A DNA stretch of 64,000 nucleotides from a virus (IMGVR_UViG_3300021387_000076); one strand, 5' to 3'; numbered from the stretch's first letter, positions 19,636 through 28,011 are shown. Notes: generated by a model not told the origin, from the sequence alone. A program made the numbers and translations.

Positions 19636-20802
19636 ATGTTTGACAATGATAATTTAATTTCGTACACTGAGAATGATATCGTGAAGCTTGACAACTGTAT
19701 AGATAAGTGCAACGGAGAAGATATGAGATACAGTGAAGTTTACACGTATGTGAATAGAAATGGTGTAAAAGAAAAGATAAGACTGTTTGGACCAGATAAA
19801 GATGCAACTGACTACAAGTTCCAGATGTTTCTTCTGCATGTGAACGATGCGCCGACATTAACTTTGGAAGAGTTTATAAACTCTGTATATTACAAAGGTT
19901 TTTTACCGAAAAAGGCATCTGCAGTTACGAGCTATAAGTTCTTCCTGAGTAAGTATATCCTGCCTAATATAGGTAAAAAACTACTCACAGATATAACAGT
20001 TTTTGATATTCAAAACCTTCTTGACTGGATGGCTAACGGATCAAAGAATGGACTGAGAAAAGATATTGCCGAAGGTACGATCAGCAGAGTCAAAGGTTTG
20101 ATATCACATATATTTAATATCGCTGTGGATATGAAGTATGTTGAAGACAACCCTGTAAAGAGCACGCTGCTTAAGAACAACGGTGCTGAATCTGAACATC
20201 ATGAGGCTTTATCCGACGAAGATATAGCTTTGGTTAAGAGCAAGATACCGAAGCTTAGGAAAGAAACAGACATGGTTTGTATTGGGATCATTGCCTATAC
20301 TGGCATGAGACCTGAAGAAGTTCGTGGACTTATGTGGGATAACATTCACTTGGACCAGCAATATATAGAGGTCAAGCGTGCTGTCACTTATGTTGGAAGT
20401 GACAGGCACGCGAACATAGATACTCCAAAGACAAAGAAGTCTATCAGGACTGTATACATGCCGAAGCCGCTGTGTGATATTCTGACTGCAGTAAAAGAAA
20501 AAGAAGGATACCTTGTTCACGGAAGAGATCCTTCGAAGCCTATAGCCTGCGCATCATGGACAAAATTAATCAGTAGAATATTTAAAGAGCTCGGAATAGA
20601 AGGAAAGTATGTTCCTTATGACTTCCGCGCTACGTATGCAACTCAGTTTAAGGAAAGCGGAATGAGCAGTGCTCTGGTCGCTGACCTTATGGGACACGCC
20701 GATACCAGAATGGTTGAAACAATTTATGCTAGAACCAGGCATCAGAGTATCATGAAGCAGGCTGACAAAATTGAAGAATTAAACAGGATGTATGTGCACT
20801 AA
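19636..20802 (+). CDS. int: Tyrosine-type site-specific integrase
   Basis: RBS TAGGAGATAAAT before ATG. C-terminal catalytic region PYDFRATYAT...GHADTRMVETIYARTRH fits the R..HxxR..Y motif set of phage integrases. Confidence 0.85.
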   Translation: MFDNDNLISYTENDIVKLDNCIDKCNGEDMRYSEVYTYVNRNGVKEKIRLFGPDKDATDYKFQMFLLHVNDAPTLTLEEFINSVYYKGFLPKKASAVTSYKFFLSKYILPNIGKKLLTDITVFDIQNLLDWMANGSKNGLRKDIAEGTISRVKGLISHIFNIAVDMKYVEDNPVKSTLLKNNGAESEHHEALSDEDIALVKSKIPKLRKETDMVCIGIIAYTGMRPEEVRGLMWDNIHLDQQYIEVKRAVTYVGSDRHANIDTPKTKKSIRTVYMPKPLCDILTAVKEKEGYLVHGRDPSKPIACASWTKLISRIFKELGIEGKYVPYDFRATYATQFKESGMSSALVADLMGHADTRMVETIYARTRHQSIMKQADKIEELNRMYVH

Positions 20803-20904
20803 AACAGCCTTTTGTCTGTTGGGCCGCAACAGGTTGAGTGAAAATGCGTGTGCACTTTTCCCGGTTTTGAGTGCTTCAGCCTCATGAAAACAAAAAGAAA
20901 AAGT

Positions 20905-20940
20905 CGTCGCAACCTCTTACACCGCAACGACTTTTGGAGA
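20905..20940 (+). terminator. Terminator hairpin AAGTCGTCGC...GCAACGACTT followed by TTTGG, downstream of int
   Basis: 10 bp inverted repeat with one G-U wobble and a 13 nt loop. Confidence 0.45.
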
Positions 20941-21012
20941 AGTGGGGTTTAATGGACTCGAACCATCGACCTTCACGATGTCAACTTTAATACAGGGCAC
21001 TTATCTATCAGT
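20935..21012 (-). other. tRNA 3'-end-like segment (T-arm GATGG-TTCGAGT-CCATT plus acceptor 3' strand) with no matching 5' acceptor strand. Putative attP core / integration target identity segment.
   Basis: Reverse complement reads ...GGTCGATGGTTCGAGTCCATTAAACCCCA with a canonical T-loop. The 5' acceptor complement GGGGTTT is absent. The segment lies just downstream of int. Confidence 0.35.
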
Positions 21013-21067
21013 TGTTTATAAAAGAATTTATACGGTAAGTTTTTCTATAAGCATCTGCGAAAATAAA

Positions 21068-21101
21068 AGGGGATTACCTTCAATAGGTAATCCCCTTTTT
21101 T
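21068..21101 (-). terminator. Bidirectional rho-independent terminator (GGGGATTACC...GGTAATCCCC, flanked by A-run and T-run). Ends the long minus-strand transcription block.
   Basis: Perfect 10 bp stem with TTTTTT on the + side and AAAA on the other. Confidence 0.6.
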
Positions 21102-21117
21102 ATTCTACCACTTGTAA

Positions 21118-21372
21118 TCATATTAAGTTCTCCCAGTCAATATCTTTAGGACTTTTATCTGGTTGATTCATTATCCATCTCACGCTGGCATAGACACGTT
21201 CGCCGCACTTTGGACAGTGTTCCCGTACGTTGTTTTTAAAGTCAGTTTGAAAACTTCTGATGCCCGGATTGTACCAGCCAGTCTCGTCGCCGCAGTACGG
21301 GCATTTTGTATAACAAAATCCGTAATGAGAAACATCCTGCCAGCGCCTTGGTTCTTTATCTATATCATTCAT
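21118..21372 (-). CDS. Small zinc-ribbon protein (CPYCG...CPKCG)
   Basis: 84 aa ORF with two CxxC pairs. Confidence 0.4.
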   Translation of the reverse strand: MNDIDKEPRRWQDVSHYGFCYTKCPYCGDETGWYNPGIRSFQTDFKNNVREHCPKCGERVYASVRWIMNQPDKSPKDIDWENLI

Positions 21373-21373
21373 T

Positions 21374-21538
21374 CTTTTACCTCAACAGTACATGCTTCGA
21401 TCCTGACTTCTGCATGCAGTGCTTTGCTTATTGTCTGTTGTAACCACCTGATATATTCAGCTGTTTCGACCAGATCATCGGTTAATACATCACAAGGTAA
21501 ACAAGCTGACAATGTGAACCTGACTTGAACTTTCATAT
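21374..21538 (-). CDS. Small ORF (55 aa) whose SD GGAGGTGG lies inside a 14 bp perfect hairpin
   Basis: ATG at 21538 is preceded by GGAGGTGGAAAT. Not in the supplied ORF track because it is under 60 aa. Confidence 0.3.
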
Positions 21539-21542
21539 TTCC

Positions 21543-21583
21543 ACCTCCATGGATACTTTACACCATGGAGGTGGAAAAACAGT
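21543..21583 (-). promoter_or_regulatory. Perfect 14 bp inverted repeat TTCCACCTCCATGG-N11-CCATGGAGGTGGAA that sequesters the SD of the downstream small ORF. It could also act as an intergenic terminator.
   Basis: Read directly from the sequence. Confidence 0.35.
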
Positions 21584-21615
21584 ATACGCCAGTAAACTTT
21601 ATAGTTATTTTTATG

Positions 21616-21888
21616 TCAGTTTTCTCCATCGATGATAGCTTGTAGTGCACGGCACAACTCTCTGCACGGGAAGTCAGGACACTGTTCACATTCTTCAAAT
21701 GATTTGATGATCATACCTATTTCATTATGACATTCGTCTCGCATTCTTTTTCTTTCTCCTTTAAGATGTCGTTTAATCAACCATGGAACGAGAAACGGAC
21801 AAACTAGCTCAAAGATTACCACGGCTAGCAAAAACATACCAACTGTAGAATAAACGATAAGGCAATTAATAAAATACAAAATGTCCAT
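21616..21888 (-). CDS. Small membrane plus Cys-rich protein (90 aa)
   Basis: N-terminal transmembrane helix and C-terminal CxxC motifs. Upstream TTAAATAACA motif and GGAGAT SD. Confidence 0.35.
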   Translation of the reverse strand: MDILYFINCLIVYSTVGMFLLAVVIFELVCPFLVPWLIKRHLKGERKRMRDECHNEIGMIIKSFEECEQCPDFPCRELCRALQAIIDGEN

Positions 21889-22176
21889 TTGATCTCCATT
21901 TTTCAGAATGTGTTATTTAAGTTACACTTTGCTTTTTCTTCTGGATTGTTATGCAGGCTGCATCAAGATATGACCACATTACAGGACAGTTGTCATGCCA
22001 TTTACATTCTGAGCATTTGATAAAGTCATTTTCTTCCATATTTAATGACCTCATGTTATTTAAAATATATGGTGGCGAGTGCCTATACCGTCATCTTGCA
22101 TATCTGTTTCGCTCATCTTCTGCCGTACTCCGGAATACAAACAGAGTTCAGCTTAACGGCTCACCTAATGTGTTAT

Positions 22177-22395
22177 TTAAGTTACTTCGACATCCGTAAT
22201 TATATAATCATAGTTCCAGCCAATCTGATTCTCTGCTATCCGCAAATCTTTTTCAATTTCTTCTGCGGTAAGATCATATGGACTTGATAACTCCAATTCG
22301 ACTGTGATCTTCATGGCTTCACCTCGTGTTTTTTTTAACTTAAAATCCATCTTTTTCAGCAAGCACCAAAAGCACAACGATGCCACCAAATCCAA
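22177..22395 (-). CDS. Hypothetical protein (72 aa)
   Basis: ORF in the minus-strand early-like block. Confidence 0.3.
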   Translation of the reverse strand: MDLVASLCFWCLLKKMDFKLKKTRGEAMKITVELELSSPYDLTAEEIEKDLRIAENQIGWNYDYIITDVEVT

Positions 22396-22491
22396 CAGTA
22401 ATAAGCAATGGGACTATCCACATATCTAAACTCCTAATTAACTCATTTTTTTAAAATACAACTCAACTGTTCATTTATTATGGGTTTGGAT

Positions 22492-22707
22492 TCACAGCAC
22501 AATACAGTTTGGATTGAGCCCATTACTGTAAGTAATTTCCACATCATTGCTATACGGAATACTCGTCCCTTTGAACGATGCCATTATCGGGCTATCAATC
22601 ATTTCACCACCAAAATATGAACCACCGCTATCACGATATTGAACTACACATTGCATATCTTGTGCATTATGCTCCATGATCCAGTTAATAAGTTCTTGCC
22701 CTGTCAT
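22492..22707 (-). CDS. Hypothetical protein (71 aa)
   Basis: ORF with GAAGGAG SD and the upstream TTAAATAAC motif. Confidence 0.35.
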   Translation of the reverse strand: MTGQELINWIMEHNAQDMQCVVQYRDSGGSYFGGEMIDSPIMASFKGTSIPYSNDVEITYSNGLNPNCIVL

Positions 22708-23186
22708 TATGTTCTCCTTCTAAGATGTTATTGCGTTATTTAACTTACTTTGTTTCTCGTTCATCAAAGCAGTTATGGACTTCTCTCGCATCGACTTCAC
22801 AATTCCATTTTGTGCATTTGTCCCAGTACCATTTAAAACACTTGCAATTATCACAGCACTTCCCGGTCATTGATATCGCCTCCTTAAATGTTATTTAAGC
22901 ATAAAATCAATGACAGCTTTGATATAAAATATTGTACCAAGCAGCGCCCATCCACCGAAGAAAATACAGCCAAAAAACTTTGTTATTCTGTTCATGGTGT
23001 CTCCTTTACAGTCCTGTTCTTTTTTTTGTGTTAATTAAGGTGTAGAATACATCTCGCCTATGATAGACAAAAGCATGGTTTTTACCGTATCTTTATCGAT
23101 ATCATCACTAGATATTTCTTCAAGCTGTGACAGCAACCACTTAATATACTCCGTCAAATTTTCTTTATCCATATTACACCTCAGCG

Positions 23187-23729
23187 TTATTTGATGATTG
23201 CGTAAATATCGCAGTACGTGGAGTCAAATGGATCGTCAACCTTTTCGATAAACCACGGCTGGTATTTAACTTCTGCTCCATAATAGGACCAGTTTCCTCC
23301 GCCTATACGTGCATGGATGTACAGAATATTTGTTTGACCGCAGTATTTATTGAATGTTTCGTAATTATTAAGCACTCTTTTTCTGGCTGACTTCATAATG
23401 TACTTGAACAATTTGCGTTTCTTTCCATGAACTTTGTCCCATCGAACACCTGTGGGTATTCCTTTATTGTCATATACAATATACTTACGCCTCAGTTTGT
23501 CAGTCGCATCGCACATTATGTACCCAGTCGGATGATATTCAAAGTTTGATTGGCACGCACGTTCGCATCTATCGAGAGCAAGATCTATTGTTGCTTGTTC
23601 GATCTCTTCTGCAGAAATACGTTCTTCTTCTGACATCAATCTGATTCCGCGAAGCCTCGGAACATAGATATTATTTTCAGTCATTATTTGCTGCAGAGTA
23701 TCTATTTGTGCATAAGCTCCAAGATCCAT
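23187..23729 (-). CDS. Hypothetical protein (180 aa)
   Basis: Compact ORF. No recognisable motif. Confidence 0.4.
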   Translation of the reverse strand: MDLGAYAQIDTLQQIMTENNIYVPRLRGIRLMSEEERISAEEIEQATIDLALDRCERACQSNFEYHPTGYIMCDATDKLRRKYIVYDNKGIPTGVRWDKVHGKKRKLFKYIMKSARKRVLNNYETFNKYCGQTNILYIHARIGGGNWSYYGAEVKYQPWFIEKVDDPFDSTYCDIYAIIK

Positions 23730-23855
23730 ATTGTTAGTTTCCTTTCATTTATCATCATATGCATATTAATTTGTGCAGGAAGGTAAGTCCCTATTACATC
23801 GTTCCGACTTGCATACGGTTAGGACGCTCCGCTGCGTATGCCGAAAACCAGCATG

Positions 23856-24068
23856 TTATGCTGTGTGATATCCAACCCATCCGCAGTCACATTCATACTG
23901 GTACTGACACGGATAAGAAGTAAGAATAATATCCATGCGCTTCCATATTCTTTTGCCGCATATCGGACATTCAATATCTGTTTCAATCCGAGAAACAGTA
24001 TTATTAATAGGAAGCTCGCGCTTAATGTAGTCATTCCACTTCATTACTTTCACCTCTGTGGTACACAA
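23856..24068 (-). CDS. Small zinc-finger protein
   Basis: CPICG...CDCGW motifs. Confidence 0.3.
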   Translation of the reverse strand: MCTTEVKVMKWNDYIKRELPINNTVSRIETDIECPICGKRIWKRMDIILTSYPCQYQYECDCGWVGYHTA

Positions 24069-24795
24069 GATCTTCTATATATTCAGGCTGATCATGGAAC
24101 GATGGGATCTGATAATCAATGAACCATTTGCGGTCTTCACCTTTTTTGACACATATACCAAGTCTGTTTTCAGCCAATACATTGTCCCAGTCTATTCCTT
24201 TAGCCAGAAGCATTTCTTTGATATTGTTGCCTTTCTTTGCATACAATTCCTTTTGTGTGAAATGCATTCTTGCTAAAGTCTGAATTGAATTCTTTTCACA
24301 GTCTCTCTGCCGCCAGAGAAAATAGTTAAGTACTTCTTCGCGAGGCAGAGTAAATGCACGGGAGTCGAATATCGCCGGCCTGAAAGTTTCAAATGCTTTT
24401 GCGAGTCCGTTGCTTGCAAACCCACATTCAACTGCGATCTTCATCGCGTGATTGAAGTGCAGTGTAGCCATCGCAGCGGAGACACTTGTAATTTTCTGGA
24501 GGTTTTTATCAAACCATGGTTGTGTCTCATAGGTATCGTCGTCCATAACAAGCAGGCTTATTTCATCCGACTGAGTGTATGCAAGCTTTGCTCCCATGAT
24601 ATCTCTGCAGAGCTGCCTTGCCGTGTCAGCCATACAACTGCTGAGCGACATATCAAATGGACGGTCAAAGTCTTTTGTAAAAGTATGGAAGTGACATCCG
24701 TCAATGCGGATGATCATCGGAGTTCTTTTGGTAAGGTATTTTCTTTCGATGTTTTCGTAACCTTTCATCCTGTCACCAAGAGAGGTTTTATCCAT
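24031..24795 (-). CDS. Thg1-like protein (tRNA-His guanylyltransferase-like 3'-5' nucleotidyltransferase)
   Basis: Strong SD AAGGAG 9 nt before the ATG at 24795. Motifs IIRIDGCHFHTFTK, AYTQSDEISLL and FDSRAFTLP line up with Thg1 family motifs (RIDGxxFHxFS, ESDEYSF, FDSR) recalled from yeast Thg1. Confidence 0.65.
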   Translation of the reverse strand: MDKTSLGDRMKGYENIERKYLTKRTPMIIRIDGCHFHTFTKDFDRPFDMSLSSCMADTARQLCRDIMGAKLAYTQSDEISLLVMDDDTYETQPWFDKNLQKITSVSAAMATLHFNHAMKIAVECGFASNGLAKAFETFRPAIFDSRAFTLPREEVLNYFLWRQRDCEKNSIQTLARMHFTQKELYAKKGNNIKEMLLAKGIDWDNVLAENRLGICVKKGEDRKWFIDYQIPSFHDQPEYIEDLVYHRGESNEVE

Positions 24796-24994
24796 TGTTA
24801 ATATCTCCTTGCAGAAACTCATATGTTATGACAGGCGATGCTGTCGCTGCTGTCGCAAGTCTTATTGTCTTAAGTGCATCAACAGCCATCATGAGAGCCT
24901 GTCTGTATTTTCCACTGAGATAGTCATGATGAAGTTTCATGTCATTCTCAATCATCGCAATTGCTTCGTCGATAGTCATTTTCTGCTGATACAC
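24788..24994 (-). CDS. Hypothetical protein (68 aa)
   Basis: ORF only. Confidence 0.3.
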   Translation of the reverse strand: MYQQKMTIDEAIAMIENDMKLHHDYLSGKYRQALMMAVDALKTIRLATAATASPVITYEFLQGDINNG

Positions 24995-25221
24995 CTGTTC
25001 TCAAATTTCTTATAGGCGTCAAGATACCATTCGTTCTTGTCGCCGTTGAAAGTCATTTCATAATACATTCCGTCAGGCAATGTGGAACTGATCAGATATT
25101 TCCAATTCTGTAAAGCCTTGCATTTCCACACAATGAATGTTTCGAAAGACTGTACGGGATCCGTTTTATCAAGATGTTCTTTGATATAACTTGTTACAAC
25201 CATTAAAGCTTCGTTATCCAT
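24976..25221 (-). CDS. Hypothetical protein (81 aa)
   Basis: ORF only. Confidence 0.35.
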   Translation of the reverse strand: MDNEALMVVTSYIKEHLDKTDPVQSFETFIVWKCKALQNWKYLISSTLPDGMYYEMTFNGDKNEWYLDAYKKFENRCISRK

Positions 25222-25237
25222 ATGTTTTCACCCTTTA

Positions 25238-25274
25238 TCAAATAAAAATAGGAGCGGCGCCGGAACGTCGCTCC
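25238..25274 (-). terminator. Terminator hairpin GGAGCG-N12-CGCTCC followed by TATTTTTATTTG on the minus strand, downstream of the tRNA region
   Basis: Inverted repeat plus T-run. Confidence 0.4.
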
Positions 25275-25448
25275 CTAAAACCAAATAAGGTTTTGCACTC
25301 TCCTGCTAGCTGGAACATTCGGATGCCATCCACGACTTGTTCTTACGACCTCGGAGCATGTAAGAAGCGCAGGCTTGTCCGATGAAGTTATCTGTTGGCT
25401 TCAGATATACCACTCGGACTCCCTTGGTACGCTGTACGGTCTGATACG

Positions 25449-25519
25449 CTGAGATGGCAGGAATTGAACCTGCAATAGGGGAGTCAAAGTCCCCTGTTAT
25501 TCCACTTAACTACACCTCA
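25449..25519 (-). tRNA. tRNA-Gln (anticodon UUG), 71 nt, CCA not encoded
   Basis: Hand-folded cloverleaf. Acceptor TGAGGTG/CATCTCA with U1:A72 and one G-U. D-arm GTTA-AGTGGAA-TAAC. Anticodon arm GGGGA-CTTTGAC-TCCCC with U33 and A37. T-arm GCAGG-TTCAATT-CCTGC. Confidence 0.8.
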
Positions 25520-25714
25520 TCGCCATAGCAATCCAACAATAGTTGGAAGAGTAACAACCATAAATGTTGCCGTCATTCCTTCTTTGAGTGATACGGCAAG
25601 ATGTTCTTTACCATACTTCTTGCAGTTCTGCCGCCAAGAGAAGTATTGCCAGATGTATGCAGCTGCGTTTAACACTACAGCAAAGATAATAACGTATATC
25701 ATTTTGTTCTCCTA

Positions 25715-25933
25715 TTACCAATCGACAGTCTTCGTTACTTTTATCGTAGGTTCATGCGGGCCCCAATCAAATAGGATACCGCAGTGCACACAACCGCTCT
25801 CGGCTGCATATGCCCGAAGCGGTCTGTGGCACTGCGGGCAAAAGTATTTTATAGTGTCCCAGCAGCGGTACCCATCATCGTTATATTGCTCCTGAATTGT
25901 AGCTATTGGTCTTACCAGTTCCATTGGCATCAC
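25715..25933 (-). CDS. Small zinc-ribbon protein
   Basis: CPQCH...CVHCG. Confidence 0.3.
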   Translation of the reverse strand: MMPMELVRPIATIQEQYNDDGYRCWDTIKYFCPQCHRPLRAYAAESGCVHCGILFDWGPHEPTIKVTKTVDW

Positions 25934-26123
25934 CGTCTATAGACATAATATCTTCAGGAAGGTTTTCGAAAACTGATATGAGCAGCGTATAGAACTCTTC
26001 CAGCTCGTTGTCTTCCTGAACAAGACTGCACCTTCCGCAATCTCTGTTACATTCATTGTGTGAATTTCTTCTCACACATTCACGTTCAGTTTTTAGTAGT
26101 TCGATCATCCTGTTGTTTGTCAT
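25881..26123 (-). CDS. Small Cys-rich protein
   Basis: ORF only. Confidence 0.3.
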   Translation of the reverse strand: MTNNRMIELLKTERECVRRNSHNECNRDCGRCSLVQEDNELEEFYTLLISVFENLPEDIMSIDGDANGTGKTNSYNSGAI

Positions 26124-26423
26124 TATGTTTGGCTTCTTTCCATCTTATTATCGCAGGTACAATCAGCGACGGCAAAATGTCGAAGACTACAATGACCAAT
26201 ATGAATGTCAGAAAAAGATACATTTTAACCACCTCTGTTAATAAACCTTTGCGCCTGTTGGGGAGAAGTCAGGCTCCTCATCTTTGTGACTGTCATCTTT
26301 ATGTGTGTATTCATAACAGGCATTGAGATACCCGGCTTTCCATTCTTTTGACATACATGCTCGAAAAGGTTTGTGTTCCACAAAAGCATTGAAGCCTTCT
26401 CTATATTCACTGTTCTTCATATG

Positions 26424-26723
26424 TTACTCCCACTTCACCGCCGCCCCGCAATGTTCACAATATTTTGGATAATCGAATTTCATATTCAGTTTTTTATTGT
26501 CCATCGTAAGATATTTTTTACAATTACCGCAAAAGTATTCTGTCCATCCATCGTTATCCAGTCTTGATATTGGACGGAATGTCTGCCTGGAAGACTGAAA
26601 GATGGAATATCCTTCGTTTACATATTCAAGGATCCCGCGATAATCATCTCTTGGCAATTGTAATTCATTGACAAATGCTTCGAAGTTATCTTTCCATTTA
26701 GTCATCTTTTTATTGTAATCCAT
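26424..26723 (-). CDS. Small zinc-ribbon protein (99 aa)
   Basis: CGNC...CEHCG. Confidence 0.35.
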   Translation of the reverse strand: MDYNKKMTKWKDNFEAFVNELQLPRDDYRGILEYVNEGYSIFQSSRQTFRPISRLDNDGWTEYFCGNCKKYLTMDNKKLNMKFDYPKYCEHCGAAVKWE

Positions 26724-26738
26724 TTTTTCACCTGTTTT

Positions 26739-26921
26739 TTACAAGTAGTTCAGCTGCCATTTACTTGGCTGGTTCATTCCGTCGTCTTCATCTTTTACAA
26801 TCGGCTTCCAATAACTGATGAACTCTGAATATGCCTGTTTCGTATATTCTTTCGGAAGCTCTACACACATTCGCTTCGCTAAATACTTTGCATATTCTTC
26901 CTGTTTCTGTGTGGGAGTCAT
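26739..26921 (-). CDS. Hypothetical protein (60 aa)
   Basis: ORF only. Confidence 0.3.
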   Translation of the reverse strand: MTPTQKQEEYAKYLAKRMCVELPKEYTKQAYSEFISYWKPIVKDEDDGMNQPSKWQLNYL

Positions 26922-26922
26922 A

Positions 26923-27183
26923 TCAGGATCTCCTTGTATATTTCTTTTTATTGTACAGTTTGCAAAAGCGGCGCCATTTGCGGATGGCGCCGCTTACAGT
27001 AAAGGCTCGGTTGGCAGCACTATAGCAATTCGTACAAGCCATCAAGTAGCGTTTAAATTTTCTGTTACGTGACTTCCAGAGAAATATTCTCTTGGCACCG
27101 CACCATGGACATTTAAACGCTTTTTGTTTTGACTTGTCCCAATACATTCTAACAACCTTATCGTCAATATTCTGCAACATTGT
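26923..27183 (-). CDS. Basic zinc-ribbon protein. The true start is probably the internal Met at 27183.
   Basis: CPWCG...CTNC motifs. The N-terminal extension of the 133 aa ORF would translate through a tRNA-like hairpin. Confidence 0.35.
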   Translation of the reverse strand, partial: TMLQNIDDKVVRMYWDKSKQKAFKCPWCGAKRIFLWKSRNRKFKRYLMACTNCYSAANRAFTVSGAIRKWRRFCKLYNKKKYTRRS

Positions 27184-27197
27184 TTTCACTTCACTTG

Positions 27198-27383
27198 AAT
27201 ATGTGGGTAAGGATTTGCACCTTACATAATGTCCTCTGTCTTTTGACACCGTAGGAGCGCGAAACCTACGAATGGGGACATCGAAGTTTGTCTCTACGTC
27301 TACTGTTACTGAGCGTCTCGCCACAGTTTTACCATCCTTTCGCCGTAGCCATTGGGATGTCTATTCCGCCACCACAAAATTGG
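27198..27383 (-). ncRNA. tRNA-like unit 1, degenerate (D-arm motif damaged, long insert). Possibly a pseudogene.
   Basis: T-arm hairpin GTAAGG-ATTTGCA-CCTTAC at 27207-27225. D-like motif at 27359-27373 lacks a pairing stem. Confidence 0.25.
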
Positions 27384-27480
27384 TATTTGCCTTTACTCAC
27401 GCATGAGTGTTTGCTGCTGCCGATACCTCGATGGAAGTGGTTTTCATCCTTCCTGCTCTCCGAAGAAAGCAGCCGCTATT

Positions 27481-27612
27481 AATATGTGGGTAGGGATCTG
27501 CACCCTACATGAACGCTTGCAATTAATGCTATCTATCTGTGGAATCAATTGCTGTGCAATATCTTCGTGCGTTCGTATTGTTAACTGTGTCTATCTATTC
27601 CACCACCACATG
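27481..27612 (-). ncRNA. tRNA-like unit 2
   Basis: Acceptor CATGTGG/CCACATA (6 of 7 bp, position 1 mismatched). D-arm GTG-GAATAGATAGA-CAC. T-arm GTAGGG-TGCAGAT-CCCTAC. Insert between D-arm and T-arm of about 80 nt. Confidence 0.4.
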
Positions 27613-27613
27613 A

Positions 27614-27730
27614 ATATGCGGGTCAGGATTTGCACCTGACATAGGCAGGATTGCTGTTTTTGCATGCTCGGATGGATGCGTCTGCCGCCCTACCGATACT
27701 GGCTGTGTTTACCTATTCCACTACCGCATA
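27614..27730 (-). ncRNA. tRNA-like unit 3
   Basis: Perfect 7 bp acceptor TATGCGG/CCGCATA. D-arm GTG-GAATAGGTAAA-CAC. T-arm GTCAGG-TGCAAAT-CCTGAC. 64 nt between D-arm and T-arm. Confidence 0.45.
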
Positions 27731-27897
27731 AAAAAACACATGGCCCAACCGAATCGAACGGCAGGATTAAGCCCTGTAGTGCTGTCCATAAGGATGACTT
27801 TGCAGAGAACCAGGCACCATGTAATTGTGATCTAAGGCGTCACAAGACCTCACTCTTGAACCTCAGGAACTCCGAGTGAATCAGTTTCATACGATGT

Positions 27898-28009
27898 GAT
27901 CTCTGGCGAGGATTTGCACCTCACATGAATACCGTTGCCGCTTTTCCTCATATACGTTTCGGAAATCGTATTCTTACAGTGTAGCGTCTACCTATTTCGC
28001 CACAGAGAT
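27898..28009 (-). ncRNA. tRNA-like unit 4
   Basis: Perfect acceptor ATCTCTG/CAGAGAT. D-arm GCG-AAATAGGTAGA-CGC. T-arm GTGAGG-TGCAAAT-CCTCGC with one G-U. 60 nt insert. Confidence 0.45.
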
Positions 28010-28011
28010 CA

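Larger units (their letters stand above)
21911..22890 (-). promoter_or_regulatory. At least five copies of a conserved motif (minus-strand sense (G/C)TTAAATAACA), each 5-25 nt upstream of an SD/start of a small minus-strand gene. Candidate early promoter -10 region or operator.
   Basis: Copies at + coordinates 21911-21926, 22055-22069, 22171-22185, 22733-22748 and 22879-22890. Confidence 0.35.

Noticed and set aside
20935-21012. Complete tRNA gene next to the integrase
   Set aside because: Only the T-arm and 3' acceptor strand are present. No complementary 5' acceptor strand (GGGGTTT) or D-arm lies upstream, so this is an attP-type partial tRNA copy, not a gene.
25270-25448. Second tRNA in the 180 nt spacer between the terminator and tRNA-Gln
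   Set aside because: Only imperfect hairpins are present. No cloverleaf with acceptor pairing could be built by eye. Left as unannotated non-coding sequence that needs Infernal.
26923-27324. Full-length 133 aa version of the zinc-ribbon ORF
   Set aside because: Its first 47 codons translate through tRNA-like unit 1's T-arm hairpin. An internal Met at 27183 gives a more plausible gene.
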